Source: Candidatus Beckwithbacteria bacterium GW2011_GWC1_49_16
GTDB lineage: Bacteria; Patescibacteriota; Microgenomatia; UBA1400; CG1-02-47-37
NCBI GenBank assembly: GCA_001029675.1
Contig: CP011210.1
Coordinates: 517,663 to 581,662 of the forward strand
Length of the DNA: 64,000 bases
Direction: 5' to 3'
Shown: piece after piece, positions 18,585 through 27,111 of the stretch
Numbering within the stretch: position 1 is the stretch's first letter
Layout of the letters: every line of letters begins with the position of its first letter
Translations under genes and position numbers: made by a program
Notes under the pieces: model-generated
The model's input: only the letters and a program-made list of their open reading frames with translations
What the model was told of the DNA's origin: nothing
Databases searched by the model: none

Positions 18585-19942
18585 AGACTGGCGATTAATT
18601 TTTCCGGAAAACGGCCCTCAAATAAAACCAAGCTTTGGGGGTTGGCTTGGTTTTTGAGTGAAACGATGATTTGGTTAAAATCGGGCGCAAACGAAAGTTT
18701 TTTGGTTTGATCTTTTTTGGCTGCGGCTAAAAATAAGCGGTAAGTGTCTTTTTTGGTAACGGTTACTTGCTTAAAAACAGACAATGACTTATGGGCCAGT
18801 TTCTCATGGATGTCTTTTTTGGCGCTGCCCGTTTCGATGATCCCGGCGGTAACCAGTATTTTGGCCCTGGCTTTTTTGGCTTTGGCGAAGTTGACCGCAG
18901 CCAAAAAACCGGCCGGGTTGGAGTTGTAGCTGTCGTCCAAGATGGTCAGCCCCTTTTCTCCCCGGCGGACTTTGAGAGCGGTTTTAAATGACGGGATGGA
19001 GAAAAGCAGCTTTTTAATCGCCGCCGGTTTCACTTTGAAACGGCGGGCAACGGTGACGGCGGCAGCAATATTTAATTGCTGCCAAGAGCCCAGAAGATTG
19101 GTTTTGAAGGCTTTTTTGGGTTTAGAGTAGAGCCGGACGGGAACGTGATTAGTTTTTTTGGCAAGATCGCGGCAGAACTTGTTGGCGCCGTTGACTACTG
19201 CCAAGCCATTTTTAGGCAGGCTGGCTATGAGTTCGTATTTGGTGGCAAGGAGGTTTGAAAAACTGCCAAACAATCCCAGGTGCTGCTGGTTTATTCCGGT
19301 CAAAACCCCGATTTGGGGGGTAACCAGGCGGCAGATTTTTTGGATTTCTCCCCTTCTGTAGGCACCCATTTCGACCACAAAAACCTGGTGGCTTGGGGAA
19401 AGACGAGTCAAGACGGTTTTGGCCACGCCGACGGCGGTGTTGACGTTGGCCGGCGTTTTTAACACCCGGTAGCGGCCAGCGAGCAGGTGGGCCAAAATTT
19501 CTTTAGTGGCGGTTTTGCCGTAGCTGCCGGTAATGCCGACAACGGTGAGCCGACTGCCTGTCAAGTGGATTTTTATTTTAGCTAAAAAAATTGCCAAATC
19601 GTAAACCAGGCTGGTGGCGGGAGCCAAGAGGGCGACGGAGACGGCGACGCTGACAGGGAGAAGCAAATAAGCCAGCATTGCCGCCCAGAGCCGGTTTTGG
19701 GGAAAAGCGTTCAAAAGGTAAAGAGTAAAGTAAAAGGCAAGGTAAATTAAAAGCCAAACTTTGAGGGTGAATTTGGGGCGGAGTAACCTGTTCGTGGGTA
19801 GGAAATAGGCGCCTGATTCACTGGTAGTTAGAAACTCCCGAAAACGATCGAGGCGGTATTCTTTTAGCTGCCAAAAATAAACACAGCGCAAAATTGCCTT
19901 AAAAACCAAAATGAAATAGATCAGCTTAAAAAAATCGATCAT
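18581..19942 (-). CDS. murF: UDP-MurNAc-tripeptide--D-Ala-D-Ala ligase MurF-like, with N-terminal membrane segment
   Basis: Mur-ligase core 'VVGITGSYGKTATKEILAHLL' and C-terminal ligase domain. The first ~125 aa contain three hydrophobic helices instead of the usual soluble N-terminal domain. Confidence 0.7.
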   Translation of the reverse strand: MIDFFKLIYFILVFKAILRCVYFWQLKEYRLDRFREFLTTSESGAYFLPTNRLLRPKFTLKVWLLIYLAFYFTLYLLNAFPQNRLWAAMLAYLLLPVSVAVSVALLAPATSLVYDLAIFLAKIKIHLTGSRLTVVGITGSYGKTATKEILAHLLAGRYRVLKTPANVNTAVGVAKTVLTRLSPSHQVFVVEMGAYRRGEIQKICRLVTPQIGVLTGINQQHLGLFGSFSNLLATKYELIASLPKNGLAVVNGANKFCRDLAKKTNHVPVRLYSKPKKAFKTNLLGSWQQLNIAAAVTVARRFKVKPAAIKKLLFSIPSFKTALKVRRGEKGLTILDDSYNSNPAGFLAAVNFAKAKKARAKILVTAGIIETGSAKKDIHEKLAHKSLSVFKQVTVTKKDTYRLFLAAAKKDQTKKLSFAPDFNQIIVSLKNQANPQSLVLFEGRFPEKLIASL

Positions 19943-20658
19943 GGTTTATTTTCACCAAAAAACTGGGCCAGGCGGGAAGCAACTTTTCTGGGGTGGGCAA
20001 AGGGCAGATCGTGAGTCGCTTCGGGGAAGACCTTTAAAGTGGCGTGGGGCATCAACTGGCGCATTTTTTCTCCGTCTTTTAGGGGAGTCATTTTGTCTTT
20101 GCCGCCCCAAAGGATCAAGGCGCCGTGGTAAATGTGGGGCAGGTGGCGGGTTTGGTCTTCGCGGGTGACTTGGGCTAAAGTCTGCTTCATCAAGGGCGAA
20201 GCGGTAACATAATCAGATTCGTTGGCCACTCGGTAGATTAATTTTTGGGCCGGGGAAAAAAACCGCTTGAAACCGGGAAGTTTAAAAATCAGCTTGCCGG
20301 ATTTAGCCAAAAGCCAAAAGAGGCTTCTTTTGAGACTCACGGGGGGCCTGACGCCGGCGCTACTGACCAAAACCAGTTTTTTGACCTGGTTAGGGTAGTG
20401 ACGGGTAAAATAAATGGCAATTTGGCCGCCGAAAGAATGACCGACGAGGTTGACCCGGGTTAAACCCGAGGCTTTCAAAAATTCCCTGACCCAGTCGGCG
20501 TAGTTGGCGGTATTCCAGGGCTTGCCTATGGGACCAAAAAAGCCCGGGAGTTTAGGCAAGTAAACCTGAAATCCTTTGTGCTTAAGAAAGCTGATCATTT
20601 TTTCCCAGCGCTGACGCTTGCTGCCCCAGCCGTGGAGAATGACGATTGGCAACGGCAT
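19939..20658 (-). CDS. alpha/beta-fold hydrolase
   Basis: Nucleophile elbow 'LVGHSFGG', HG oxyanion 'VILHGWG', C-terminal His 'ATHDLPF'. Confidence 0.75.
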   Translation of the reverse strand: MPLPIVILHGWGSKRQRWEKMISFLKHKGFQVYLPKLPGFFGPIGKPWNTANYADWVREFLKASGLTRVNLVGHSFGGQIAIYFTRHYPNQVKKLVLVSSAGVRPPVSLKRSLFWLLAKSGKLIFKLPGFKRFFSPAQKLIYRVANESDYVTASPLMKQTLAQVTREDQTRHLPHIYHGALILWGGKDKMTPLKDGEKMRQLMPHATLKVFPEATHDLPFAHPRKVASRLAQFFGENKP

Positions 20659-20662
20659 AGTT

Positions 20663-21643
20663 TCAAAACAAACTGATAATGGTTTGGGCCAGAGTTTTCG
20701 GGTCGTGGCGGAGTAAGCTTCTTTTGAGCTTGTCGCTTGAAGGTTTCTGGTAGGCGGAATTTGCCAAGAGCTGTTTTCTGACCACCCGACGGTCGGCGGC
20801 TAAGTCGTCAGCCACCGGGTATTCGCGGTATTTAGCATAAGCCTCGATGATGCTTTGGGGCACAGCCTGGCTGTTGACCACAATGTGGTCTAAGCTTTTG
20901 CCGGCGTAGCGCTCGATTTGGCCAACGTGATGAGAGGCGGCAAAGCCCCGAGTTTGGCTATTTAAAGTCATCAGGTTGACCACGTAGACCAGCTTGGCGC
21001 GGGAGGCCTTGATGGTACTCTTGGTTCCGGAAATAACCAGGTTGGCGATAATGCTGTTGAATAGATCGCCGGGGGCAAAAATGATCACGTCGGCCGAAAC
21101 AATCGCCTCTCTGGCTTCGGGATTGAGGCTGGCCCGGGGCCGGGTGTAAAGCCGGGTGATGGTTTCGTTCGGTTTCAGCTTCTGGGTTTCTATCTGATGT
21201 TCAGAAACGATGGTCCGGCCGGTTGAATACTCGGCGACGAGTTTGACCAGTTTTTTAGACACGGGCAAAACTTTGCCTCTTAATCTAAAGATCTTGGCGG
21301 CGGCGACAACTGCTTCCGGTTCAGAGCCGGTCAGGTCTTCCATGGCGGTTAAGAGTAAGTTGCCCAGATTGTGGCCCTTTAAACCCCGGCCCTTGTCAAA
21401 GCGGTACAACAAGAGTTTACGCAACTGGCCGTTTTCCGGGGCCAGCGCGGCCAAGCACTGGCGCATGTCGCCGACGGGCAAAAAGCCGAATTCGTCACGC
21501 AGCCTGCCGGTCGAACCGCCGTCGTCGGTCACCGGCACGATCGCCGTTAACTCCAAGGGGTATTCCTTGAGGCCAGTCAGAAGTACAAAGCTACCGGTCC
21601 CCCCGCCGATGACCACTACCTTTTTGGGCCTTTTTTTAGCCAT
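20663..21643 (-). CDS. YvcK/CofD-family (UPF0052, gluconeogenesis-factor-like) protein
   Basis: 'KKVVVIGGGTGSFVLLTGL' and 'VPVTDDGGSTGRLRDEFG' boxes. Start moved to the ATG at 21641-21643 (MAKKRPKKVVVIGGG); the longer track ORF (to 21775) would overlap the convergent + strand gene. Confidence 0.75.
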   Translation of the reverse strand: MAKKRPKKVVVIGGGTGSFVLLTGLKEYPLELTAIVPVTDDGGSTGRLRDEFGFLPVGDMRQCLAALAPENGQLRKLLLYRFDKGRGLKGHNLGNLLLTAMEDLTGSEPEAVVAAAKIFRLRGKVLPVSKKLVKLVAEYSTGRTIVSEHQIETQKLKPNETITRLYTRPRASLNPEAREAIVSADVIIFAPGDLFNSIIANLVISGTKSTIKASRAKLVYVVNLMTLNSQTRGFAASHHVGQIERYAGKSLDHIVVNSQAVPQSIIEAYAKYREYPVADDLAADRRVVRKQLLANSAYQKPSSDKLKRSLLRHDPKTLAQTIISLF

Positions 21644-21674
21644 GGCTATATTGTACTTTATGTGGCAAACTTTG

Positions 21675-21683
21675 TGGTATAAT
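21675..21683 (+). promoter_or_regulatory. extended -10 element (TGgTATAAT) upstream of + strand ORF 21721
   Basis: tttgTGgTATAATcgcc, ~38 nt before the ATG. No good -35, which extended -10 promoters can tolerate. Confidence 0.4.
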
Positions 21684-21720
21684 CGCCAATGCTCCTGCCT
21701 AAAATGACGCTTTTTAAAAT

Positions 21721-22266
21721 ATGGCAACTCCTCAGATAGAACTGGACACGACTCAATCGCCGCTGGTTGAAACAATTCACCGGCTGGGATTTCTTTACAA
21801 CGGCTTGATCAATTCTCACAACACCAGAAAATTTGGCTATATCCCAACCAGAGCCGATGGTTATGCTTTTGCGTCGCTACAAGCGAGGGTATCCGATCGG
21901 GAGTGGAAACCGCTGGCGACGTTTGTACTCGGGCCCGAACCGGATAAAGTTGACTTAATCATCGAAACCATATCTCCTAATGAGGGTGAAGTGTCGCGAT
22001 ACGTTGCTTATAACGAGAATGGGGAAATGGTACTTGACTCTGACAACAGCAACCCCGACTACAAAAAAGCTTTCCCTACCCCAAAGGGAGACCTCGATGT
22101 AAAAAAAGCCAAAGCCTGGCTGGAACAGTTCGAGATGGTCAGGTCTAACCAGCTCCCAAAGAGAATCAATATGCCTGGCGTGGTTGAAGAACTTGAAACA
22201 ACTTTGGCTCAAGGAGTCGTGAGCGTCGGTGGCTTCTTTGCTGCGGTTAGAGAGCAAGCAGTTTAA
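21721..22266 (+). CDS. hypothetical protein (181 aa), opposite strand to surrounding operon
   Basis: ORF with its own promoter-like element. Convergent 20-nt overlap with the HAD gene. No motif recognised. Confidence 0.45.
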   Translation: MATPQIELDTTQSPLVETIHRLGFLYNGLINSHNTRKFGYIPTRADGYAFASLQARVSDREWKPLATFVLGPEPDKVDLIIETISPNEGEVSRYVAYNENGEMVLDSDNSNPDYKKAFPTPKGDLDVKKAKAWLEQFEMVRSNQLPKRINMPGVVEELETTLAQGVVSVGGFFAAVREQAV

Positions 22267-22900
22267 TTATCTCCCGATGAGAGGAAACAATTTTATCAGC
22301 GGGGACGGCGTCGTTGGGATAGGTACCGGGGTTGTACCAGATCACCGTCATACCGGCCTTATGGGCCGATTTGACCCCGTTGATAGAGTCTTCGATCACC
22401 AAACAATCTTGGGGCTTAACCTTGAGTTTTCTGGCGGTATAAAGGTAAATGTCCGGCGCCGGCTTGCCCCGGCCGGCCACATCCTCGGCGCTGACCACCA
22501 GAGGGAAAAACTTTTTTAGGTCAAACCGGGTCAAAACCATCTTAATCCATGATGGCGGCGATGACGACGCCACGGTCATTTTTAGGCCGCTTAAGGCAAT
22601 TTGTTTAATCAAGTCCAAAACTGCCGGCAGCAGGGCCACTTCCTCTTGATAAACTTGGTTGGCGGTTTGATGGTAAAGCTGAAGAAATTTTTCCTTAGAT
22701 ACCTTTAAGCCGTATTTATCAGTCAACTGCTGGTAAATGCCGTCCATGCTTCTGCCGACCACATCTTCGTCTTTTACCTTGGTGTAATCGACGCCCATTT
22801 TTTTATACAATTGGCCGCGGTGACGATACCAGACGTCTTCGCTGTCAACAATCACCCCGTCCATATCAAAAATCACCGCTTGAAAGTCATTTAGTTTCAT
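22247..22900 (-). CDS. HAD-superfamily hydrolase (beta-phosphoglucomutase-like subfamily IA)
   Basis: Motif I 'AVIFDMDGVIVDSE', motif II 'VASSS', motif III/IV 'K..P.PD.Y' ... 'VIEDSINGVKSAHKAGM'. Confidence 0.85.
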   Translation of the reverse strand: MKLNDFQAVIFDMDGVIVDSEDVWYRHRGQLYKKMGVDYTKVKDEDVVGRSMDGIYQQLTDKYGLKVSKEKFLQLYHQTANQVYQEEVALLPAVLDLIKQIALSGLKMTVASSSPPSWIKMVLTRFDLKKFFPLVVSAEDVAGRGKPAPDIYLYTARKLKVKPQDCLVIEDSINGVKSAHKAGMTVIWYNPGTYPNDAVPADKIVSSHREIIKLLAL

Positions 22901-22902
22901 TG

Positions 22903-22911
22903 TGCTATAAT
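22903..22911 (+). promoter_or_regulatory. extended -10 element (TGcTATAAT) for + strand pair 22944-24038
   Basis: cattgTGcTATAATagcag lies immediately after the HAD start codon on the other strand. It is followed by a small GCCC-GCAA-GGGC hairpin plus a T-run in the 5' leader (22925-22943). Confidence 0.4.
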
Positions 22912-22943
22912 AGCAGAAATTCTTGCCCGCAAGGGCATTTTTT

Positions 22944-23501
22944 ATGAGCGAGTTAGTTGGTCAAGCACCGTTATTTACCAAATTTACCGAATTGGCTAAA
23001 GAGTTGGGATACGATCCAGCGGATAATCAAGATTTTAGGCTAGACGACCCGGAAAGCGACAAAGCCTTTGTGTTTCAACCGAGAGACAAAATCTTATTCT
23101 GGTCAATCATGACCCGGGTGAACGAGAAAGAAGTTCATTCAGTTAGTTTAATTCTTCATGACAGCGCTGATGAAAATTATTTCGGCACGCTGCAGGTCAA
23201 CGCGGTTTTGGGCGAAGACGAAAAATATTATTCTTACCAAGAGATGGATATTCTTATGAACGGATTTTCGCTTTTGTCTCGAGAAGGAAGCAAACATCGA
23301 ACTCTATTTTCCTCTGACAAAAAAAGAGTTGATGAATTAGTTGAAGATGAGAAGGCCTTGCTAAACCAAGCCGGCTTTCTACCCGTTGCTAGTCGAACAG
23401 AAAGGTACGACATGGAAAAAACTGTAGAAAATTTTTACCGGGCAATTGAGGCGAAAAATTTTGGAGTGACGGCGACGGAGATTTTGGTGCCTGCGGCTTA
23501 A
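22944..23501 (+). CDS. hypothetical acidic protein (~185 aa)
   Basis: The track ORF uses TTG at 22923. The ATG at 22944 (MSELVGQ...) sits after the promoter/hairpin and is preferred. No domain recognised. AT-richer than flanks, and uses AGA/AGG/TTA codons that are rare in neighbours. Confidence 0.5.
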   Translation: MSELVGQAPLFTKFTELAKELGYDPADNQDFRLDDPESDKAFVFQPRDKILFWSIMTRVNEKEVHSVSLILHDSADENYFGTLQVNAVLGEDEKYYSYQEMDILMNGFSLLSREGSKHRTLFSSDKKRVDELVEDEKALLNQAGFLPVASRTERYDMEKTVENFYRAIEAKNFGVTATEILVPAA

Positions 23502-23504
23502 TTT

Positions 23505-24038
23505 ATGGGTGAAAAAGAGCGACAAAACTGGCTGGGACGACTGCAAGGGAAACGGGCCTTGAGAAATGTGGCCACTTCGCTAGAAAACAGAATCGTGCCT
23601 GATTTAGGCAAACCGGTCGAGCTGATCAGCCCATCAGGAGACGCCAGAATTGTCTACGAGTCACTCACAAAAGATTCCCCGGCCCAACTGTCTTATCAAG
23701 TCAAAAGCCCTTTTGTGGAAAGTAATGTTTGGATACCCCATTCCAGTTTGGTATTTGAGGGAAGGAGAAAGTTGGCAATTAAGGCAATTCCGGAAGAGGG
23801 AGCTTACGTTTTAACTGACATCATCTACCACCAAAACACACAAACTCTTTTTAAGCCGGGAATTTACGACTCGGCCGAGTCAGGCACGCAAGAAAAAAGG
23901 GCTGAACTGATTGAACTGGGTTTTAGAAGAGAAAATGATTTGCCCCGGGTGATTGACTTTAGCCAAACTGCGAGTGGATTTTTATCAGCGGTTAAAAGCG
24001 GCCGGGTTGAAGCGCCTGAGCTGGTAGCAGCTACCTGA
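23505..24038 (+). CDS. hypothetical protein (177 aa)
   Basis: Starts 4 nt after the preceding ORF's stop, so probably co-transcribed. No domain recognised. Its 3' end overlaps the glmS stop convergently. Confidence 0.5.
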   Translation: MGEKERQNWLGRLQGKRALRNVATSLENRIVPDLGKPVELISPSGDARIVYESLTKDSPAQLSYQVKSPFVESNVWIPHSSLVFEGRRKLAIKAIPEEGAYVLTDIIYHQNTQTLFKPGIYDSAESGTQEKRAELIELGFRRENDLPRVIDFSQTASGFLSAVKSGRVEAPELVAAT

Positions 24039-25788
24039 CGGTGACGGATTTGGCAAGGTTCCTGGGCTTGTCGGGGTTTAAGCCACGGGCCACGGCGATG
24101 TCGTAGGCAAGAAGCTGGGCGATGACGGCAGCGGGGATGGCGCTGGCTTCTTTTAAGTCAGGCACTTTAAAATGGACGTCAAAAACCGGATCGTTTTGGG
24201 GGGAAATGCCGATGATCAAACCGCCTCGGGCCTTCAATTCGTGGGCGGCAGAAAGCGAGTCGGTCAAAGATTGGTCTTTGGGGGCGATGACAATACAGGG
24301 AGTGCCCTGGTCGATAAGAGCAATCGGTCCGTGCTTTAATTCCCCGCCGGCGTAGCCTTCGGCGTGGGCGTAGCTGACTTCCTTTATCTTTAAAGCCGTT
24401 TCTAAAGCGATGGGGAAAGAAGTCAATCTGCCGACGGCAAAAATGTCGTCTTCGTCTTTGATTTTGGTAGCCAGCTTCTTGATGTCGGCTCTAACTTTGC
24501 CGGAAAGTAAACCCTGGGTAGCCCGGGCGGCTTGGGCGATTAACTTTTTAGCTTCGTCGAGGTTGCCGTTTAACTGGTAGGCCAGCTGGGTGAGGATAGC
24601 CAGTTTAGCGGTAAAGGCTTTAGTAGAAGCCACCGCCACTTCCTGGCCGGCGCCAAGTAAAATTTTCAGGTCTGACTTTCGGTACAAGGTCGAGCCCAAA
24701 ACGTTGGTGATGCCCACCACGCGCATCTTTTTCTTCTTGGCCAGGTTGACGGCGTCGACGACGTCGATGGTCTCGCCCGACTGGGACAGCATCAAAAACG
24801 CCTGCTTGGGGGTGAGTAACCGGGCAAACTTTTGGAATTCAGAACCGACGATGGCTTGGGCGTCGTAACCGGAGAAATTGAGCAAATATTCGCCAAAAAG
24901 CGCGGCATAGGAAGCGGTGCCGCAGCCTAAAAGAAAAGTTTTGTCGGCTTTTTTGATCAAGCGGGTCACCGATGCGATCGTTCCCGGCGACAGCCGGGAC
25001 AAATCATCCAAAATCTTGGGCTGGTCGTAGATTTCTTTTTCCATGAAGTGGTGGAAGCGGCCCAAGCGACTTTGCTGCGCCTGCCAGTCCAAGCGTTTGA
25101 CTTGGGGTTTTAAGGCTTTGCCCGAGGCGGCGTCAAAAAGCTTAACTTGCCCGGCGCTAATTTGGGCCAGCTGGCCGTCTTCAAGAAAAATGACTCGGTT
25201 GGTGTGGTCGAGAAGTGCCCAGAGGTCGGAGGCGATAAAATTCTCACCCTTGCCCACGCCGATGACCAAAGGCGAGCCGTTTTTGACGGCCAAGAGTTCG
25301 TCTTTTTTGGCGTTTAAAACGATGAAGGCGTTCATGCCGGTAACTTGGTTGAAAGCCACCCGCAAGGCGCGGGCGACCGGCTGCTTTTGGGCCTTGGACT
25401 CGATTAAATGGAGGGCAACTTCAGTGTCGGTTTCGGACAGGAACTTATGCTTTTTGACCAGTTTTTCTTTTAAGGGACGAAAGTTTTCGACAATGCCGTT
25501 GTGGACCAGGCACAGGGTATTGGCGCAATCGACGTGGGGGTGGGCGTTGCCGATGGTCACCCCCCCGTGGGTCGCCCACCGGGTATGGCCCAAGCCTAGG
25601 TTTGAAACCGGCAGTTTGGTTTTGGCTGCGCCGATTTTACCCACATGGCGCTCGCGTTTGATCGTCGTGCCTTTTTTGACGGCAATACCCCACGAGTCGT
25701 AGCCGCGGTACTCGAGCTTTTTTAGACCGTCAAGGACAATCTCGGCGGCGTGATTCTTTTTGCCGATATAACCAAATATGCCACACAT
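24031..25788 (-). CDS. glmS: glutamine--fructose-6-phosphate aminotransferase (isomerising)
   Basis: N-terminal Ntn Cys 'MCGIFGYIG', followed by tandem SIS domains. 585 aa. Confidence 0.93.
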   Translation of the reverse strand: MCGIFGYIGKKNHAAEIVLDGLKKLEYRGYDSWGIAVKKGTTIKRERHVGKIGAAKTKLPVSNLGLGHTRWATHGGVTIGNAHPHVDCANTLCLVHNGIVENFRPLKEKLVKKHKFLSETDTEVALHLIESKAQKQPVARALRVAFNQVTGMNAFIVLNAKKDELLAVKNGSPLVIGVGKGENFIASDLWALLDHTNRVIFLEDGQLAQISAGQVKLFDAASGKALKPQVKRLDWQAQQSRLGRFHHFMEKEIYDQPKILDDLSRLSPGTIASVTRLIKKADKTFLLGCGTASYAALFGEYLLNFSGYDAQAIVGSEFQKFARLLTPKQAFLMLSQSGETIDVVDAVNLAKKKKMRVVGITNVLGSTLYRKSDLKILLGAGQEVAVASTKAFTAKLAILTQLAYQLNGNLDEAKKLIAQAARATQGLLSGKVRADIKKLATKIKDEDDIFAVGRLTSFPIALETALKIKEVSYAHAEGYAGGELKHGPIALIDQGTPCIVIAPKDQSLTDSLSAAHELKARGGLIIGISPQNDPVFDVHFKVPDLKEASAIPAAVIAQLLAYDIAVARGLNPDKPRNLAKSVTVR

Positions 25789-25791
25789 ACT

Positions 25792-27111
25792 TTAGCTTAT
25801 TTTAGCACCTAATTTGACCAGGCGGCCGGCAAAATTTTCGTAGCCGCGGTCAAGGTGGTGGGTGTCGGTTAAGACTGTGGTGCCGGAGGCGGCCAGGCCG
25901 GCCAATGCCAGGGTAGCACCGGCTCTAATGTCAGTGACGGCAACTTTGGTGCCGGTGAGCTTGGTGGGGCCGGTGATTTCCATGCCGTGAAGGTTGCCCG
26001 GCAAATCGTCTTTCAAGTTAAAGTTATAAAACTTGTCCGGCTGCTTAGGTTTAGGATCAAAAAACTCTATTTGGGCCCCCATTCTTTTAAGGTCGGCGGC
26101 AAACTGAAAACGGGAAGTAAAAACGGTTTCGACGATTTTTGATTTGCCTTGGGACTGGGTGGCCAAAACCGACCACAAGGGCTGCCAGTCGGTCATGAAC
26201 CCCGGGTGGGGAGAGGTGGTGACGTCGACGGCTTTTAAGGGACCTTGGGAGTAAAAGCGCAGGCCGTACTTGCCTACTTCAAACTTGCCGCCGGCAGCTT
26301 TGAGTTTGGCTAAGAAAGCAGATAGGTCTTTTTGCCTGGCGTTTTCTAAAACGACGTCGCCGCGGGTGACTAAAGCGGCTAAAGCATAAGACACGGCTTC
26401 GTTCCTGTCGGGCATAACTTGGTGGATGGCGGAACTAAGTTTGGCGACACCGGTGATTTCGATCACCCGGTGAGGTTTCCTTTTGATTTTAGCGCCCATC
26501 TGGTTTAAAAACTCAATCAAGTCGTCGATTTCCGGTTCCAGGGCGGCGTTTTTAAGAGTGGTTTTGCCGGCAGCCAAAACCGACGCCATGATCATGGTTT
26601 CGGTGCCGGTGTGGGAGTTTTTGGCAAAAGTGTATGTGGCCCCGGTAAGTTTCGGGCAGGAGGCGTAAAGCAGATTTCCCTTAATTTTAATGTCGGCGCC
26701 CAGGGCTTTGAGGCCATCAAGGTGCCGGCCTAAGGGCCTTTGGCCGATCCTGTCCCCGCCGGGGAGGGGGACGATGGCCCGGCCGCTGCGGACCAGCAAG
26801 GGGGCGACAAACAGGGCCGAGGCCCGGGAGGCAGTACCCAGTTTCCGGGGGACGCGGGAAGATTTGAGGGACGGGGCGGCTATAAACAGGGTACGCTCGC
26901 CGGCGGAATGGACTTTGGCGCCAAGTGAAGTAATGATTCTTTTAGTCAAGTCAACATCGGCGATGCGGGAAAAGTTTAGAAGCCTTACTTCCTGGGGACA
27001 AAGCAGGGCGGCGATCATCAATTTGAAGCTGGCGTTTTTGGCTCCGCCCAGGCGGACGGCGCCTTTTAAGGGAGTGCCGCCATGGATGATGAGCTTGCCG
27101 TTAGCTTTCAT
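25792..27111 (-). CDS. murA: UDP-N-acetylglucosamine 1-carboxyvinyltransferase MurA
   Basis: 'GGAKNASFKLMIAALL', 'LPGGDRIGQRPL', EPSP-synthase-like fold signatures. Confidence 0.92.
   Translation of the reverse strand: MKANGKLIIHGGTPLKGAVRLGGAKNASFKLMIAALLCPQEVRLLNFSRIADVDLTKRIITSLGAKVHSAGERTLFIAAPSLKSSRVPRKLGTASRASALFVAPLLVRSGRAIVPLPGGDRIGQRPLGRHLDGLKALGADIKIKGNLLYASCPKLTGATYTFAKNSHTGTETMIMASVLAAGKTTLKNAALEPEIDDLIEFLNQMGAKIKRKPHRVIEITGVAKLSSAIHQVMPDRNEAVSYALAALVTRGDVVLENARQKDLSAFLAKLKAAGGKFEVGKYGLRFYSQGPLKAVDVTTSPHPGFMTDWQPLWSVLATQSQGKSKIVETVFTSRFQFAADLKRMGAQIEFFDPKPKQPDKFYNFNLKDDLPGNLHGMEITGPTKLTGTKVAVTDIRAGATLALAGLAASGTTVLTDTHHLDRGYENFAGRLVKLGAKIS

Noticed and set aside
20663-21775. Longer 370-aa version of the YvcK-like ORF starting at 21775
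   Set aside because: The extra 44 N-terminal residues are non-conserved and Cys/His/Arg-rich, and they would overlap the + strand gene and its promoter. The internal ATG at 21643 gives the canonical KKVVVIGGGTG N-terminus.
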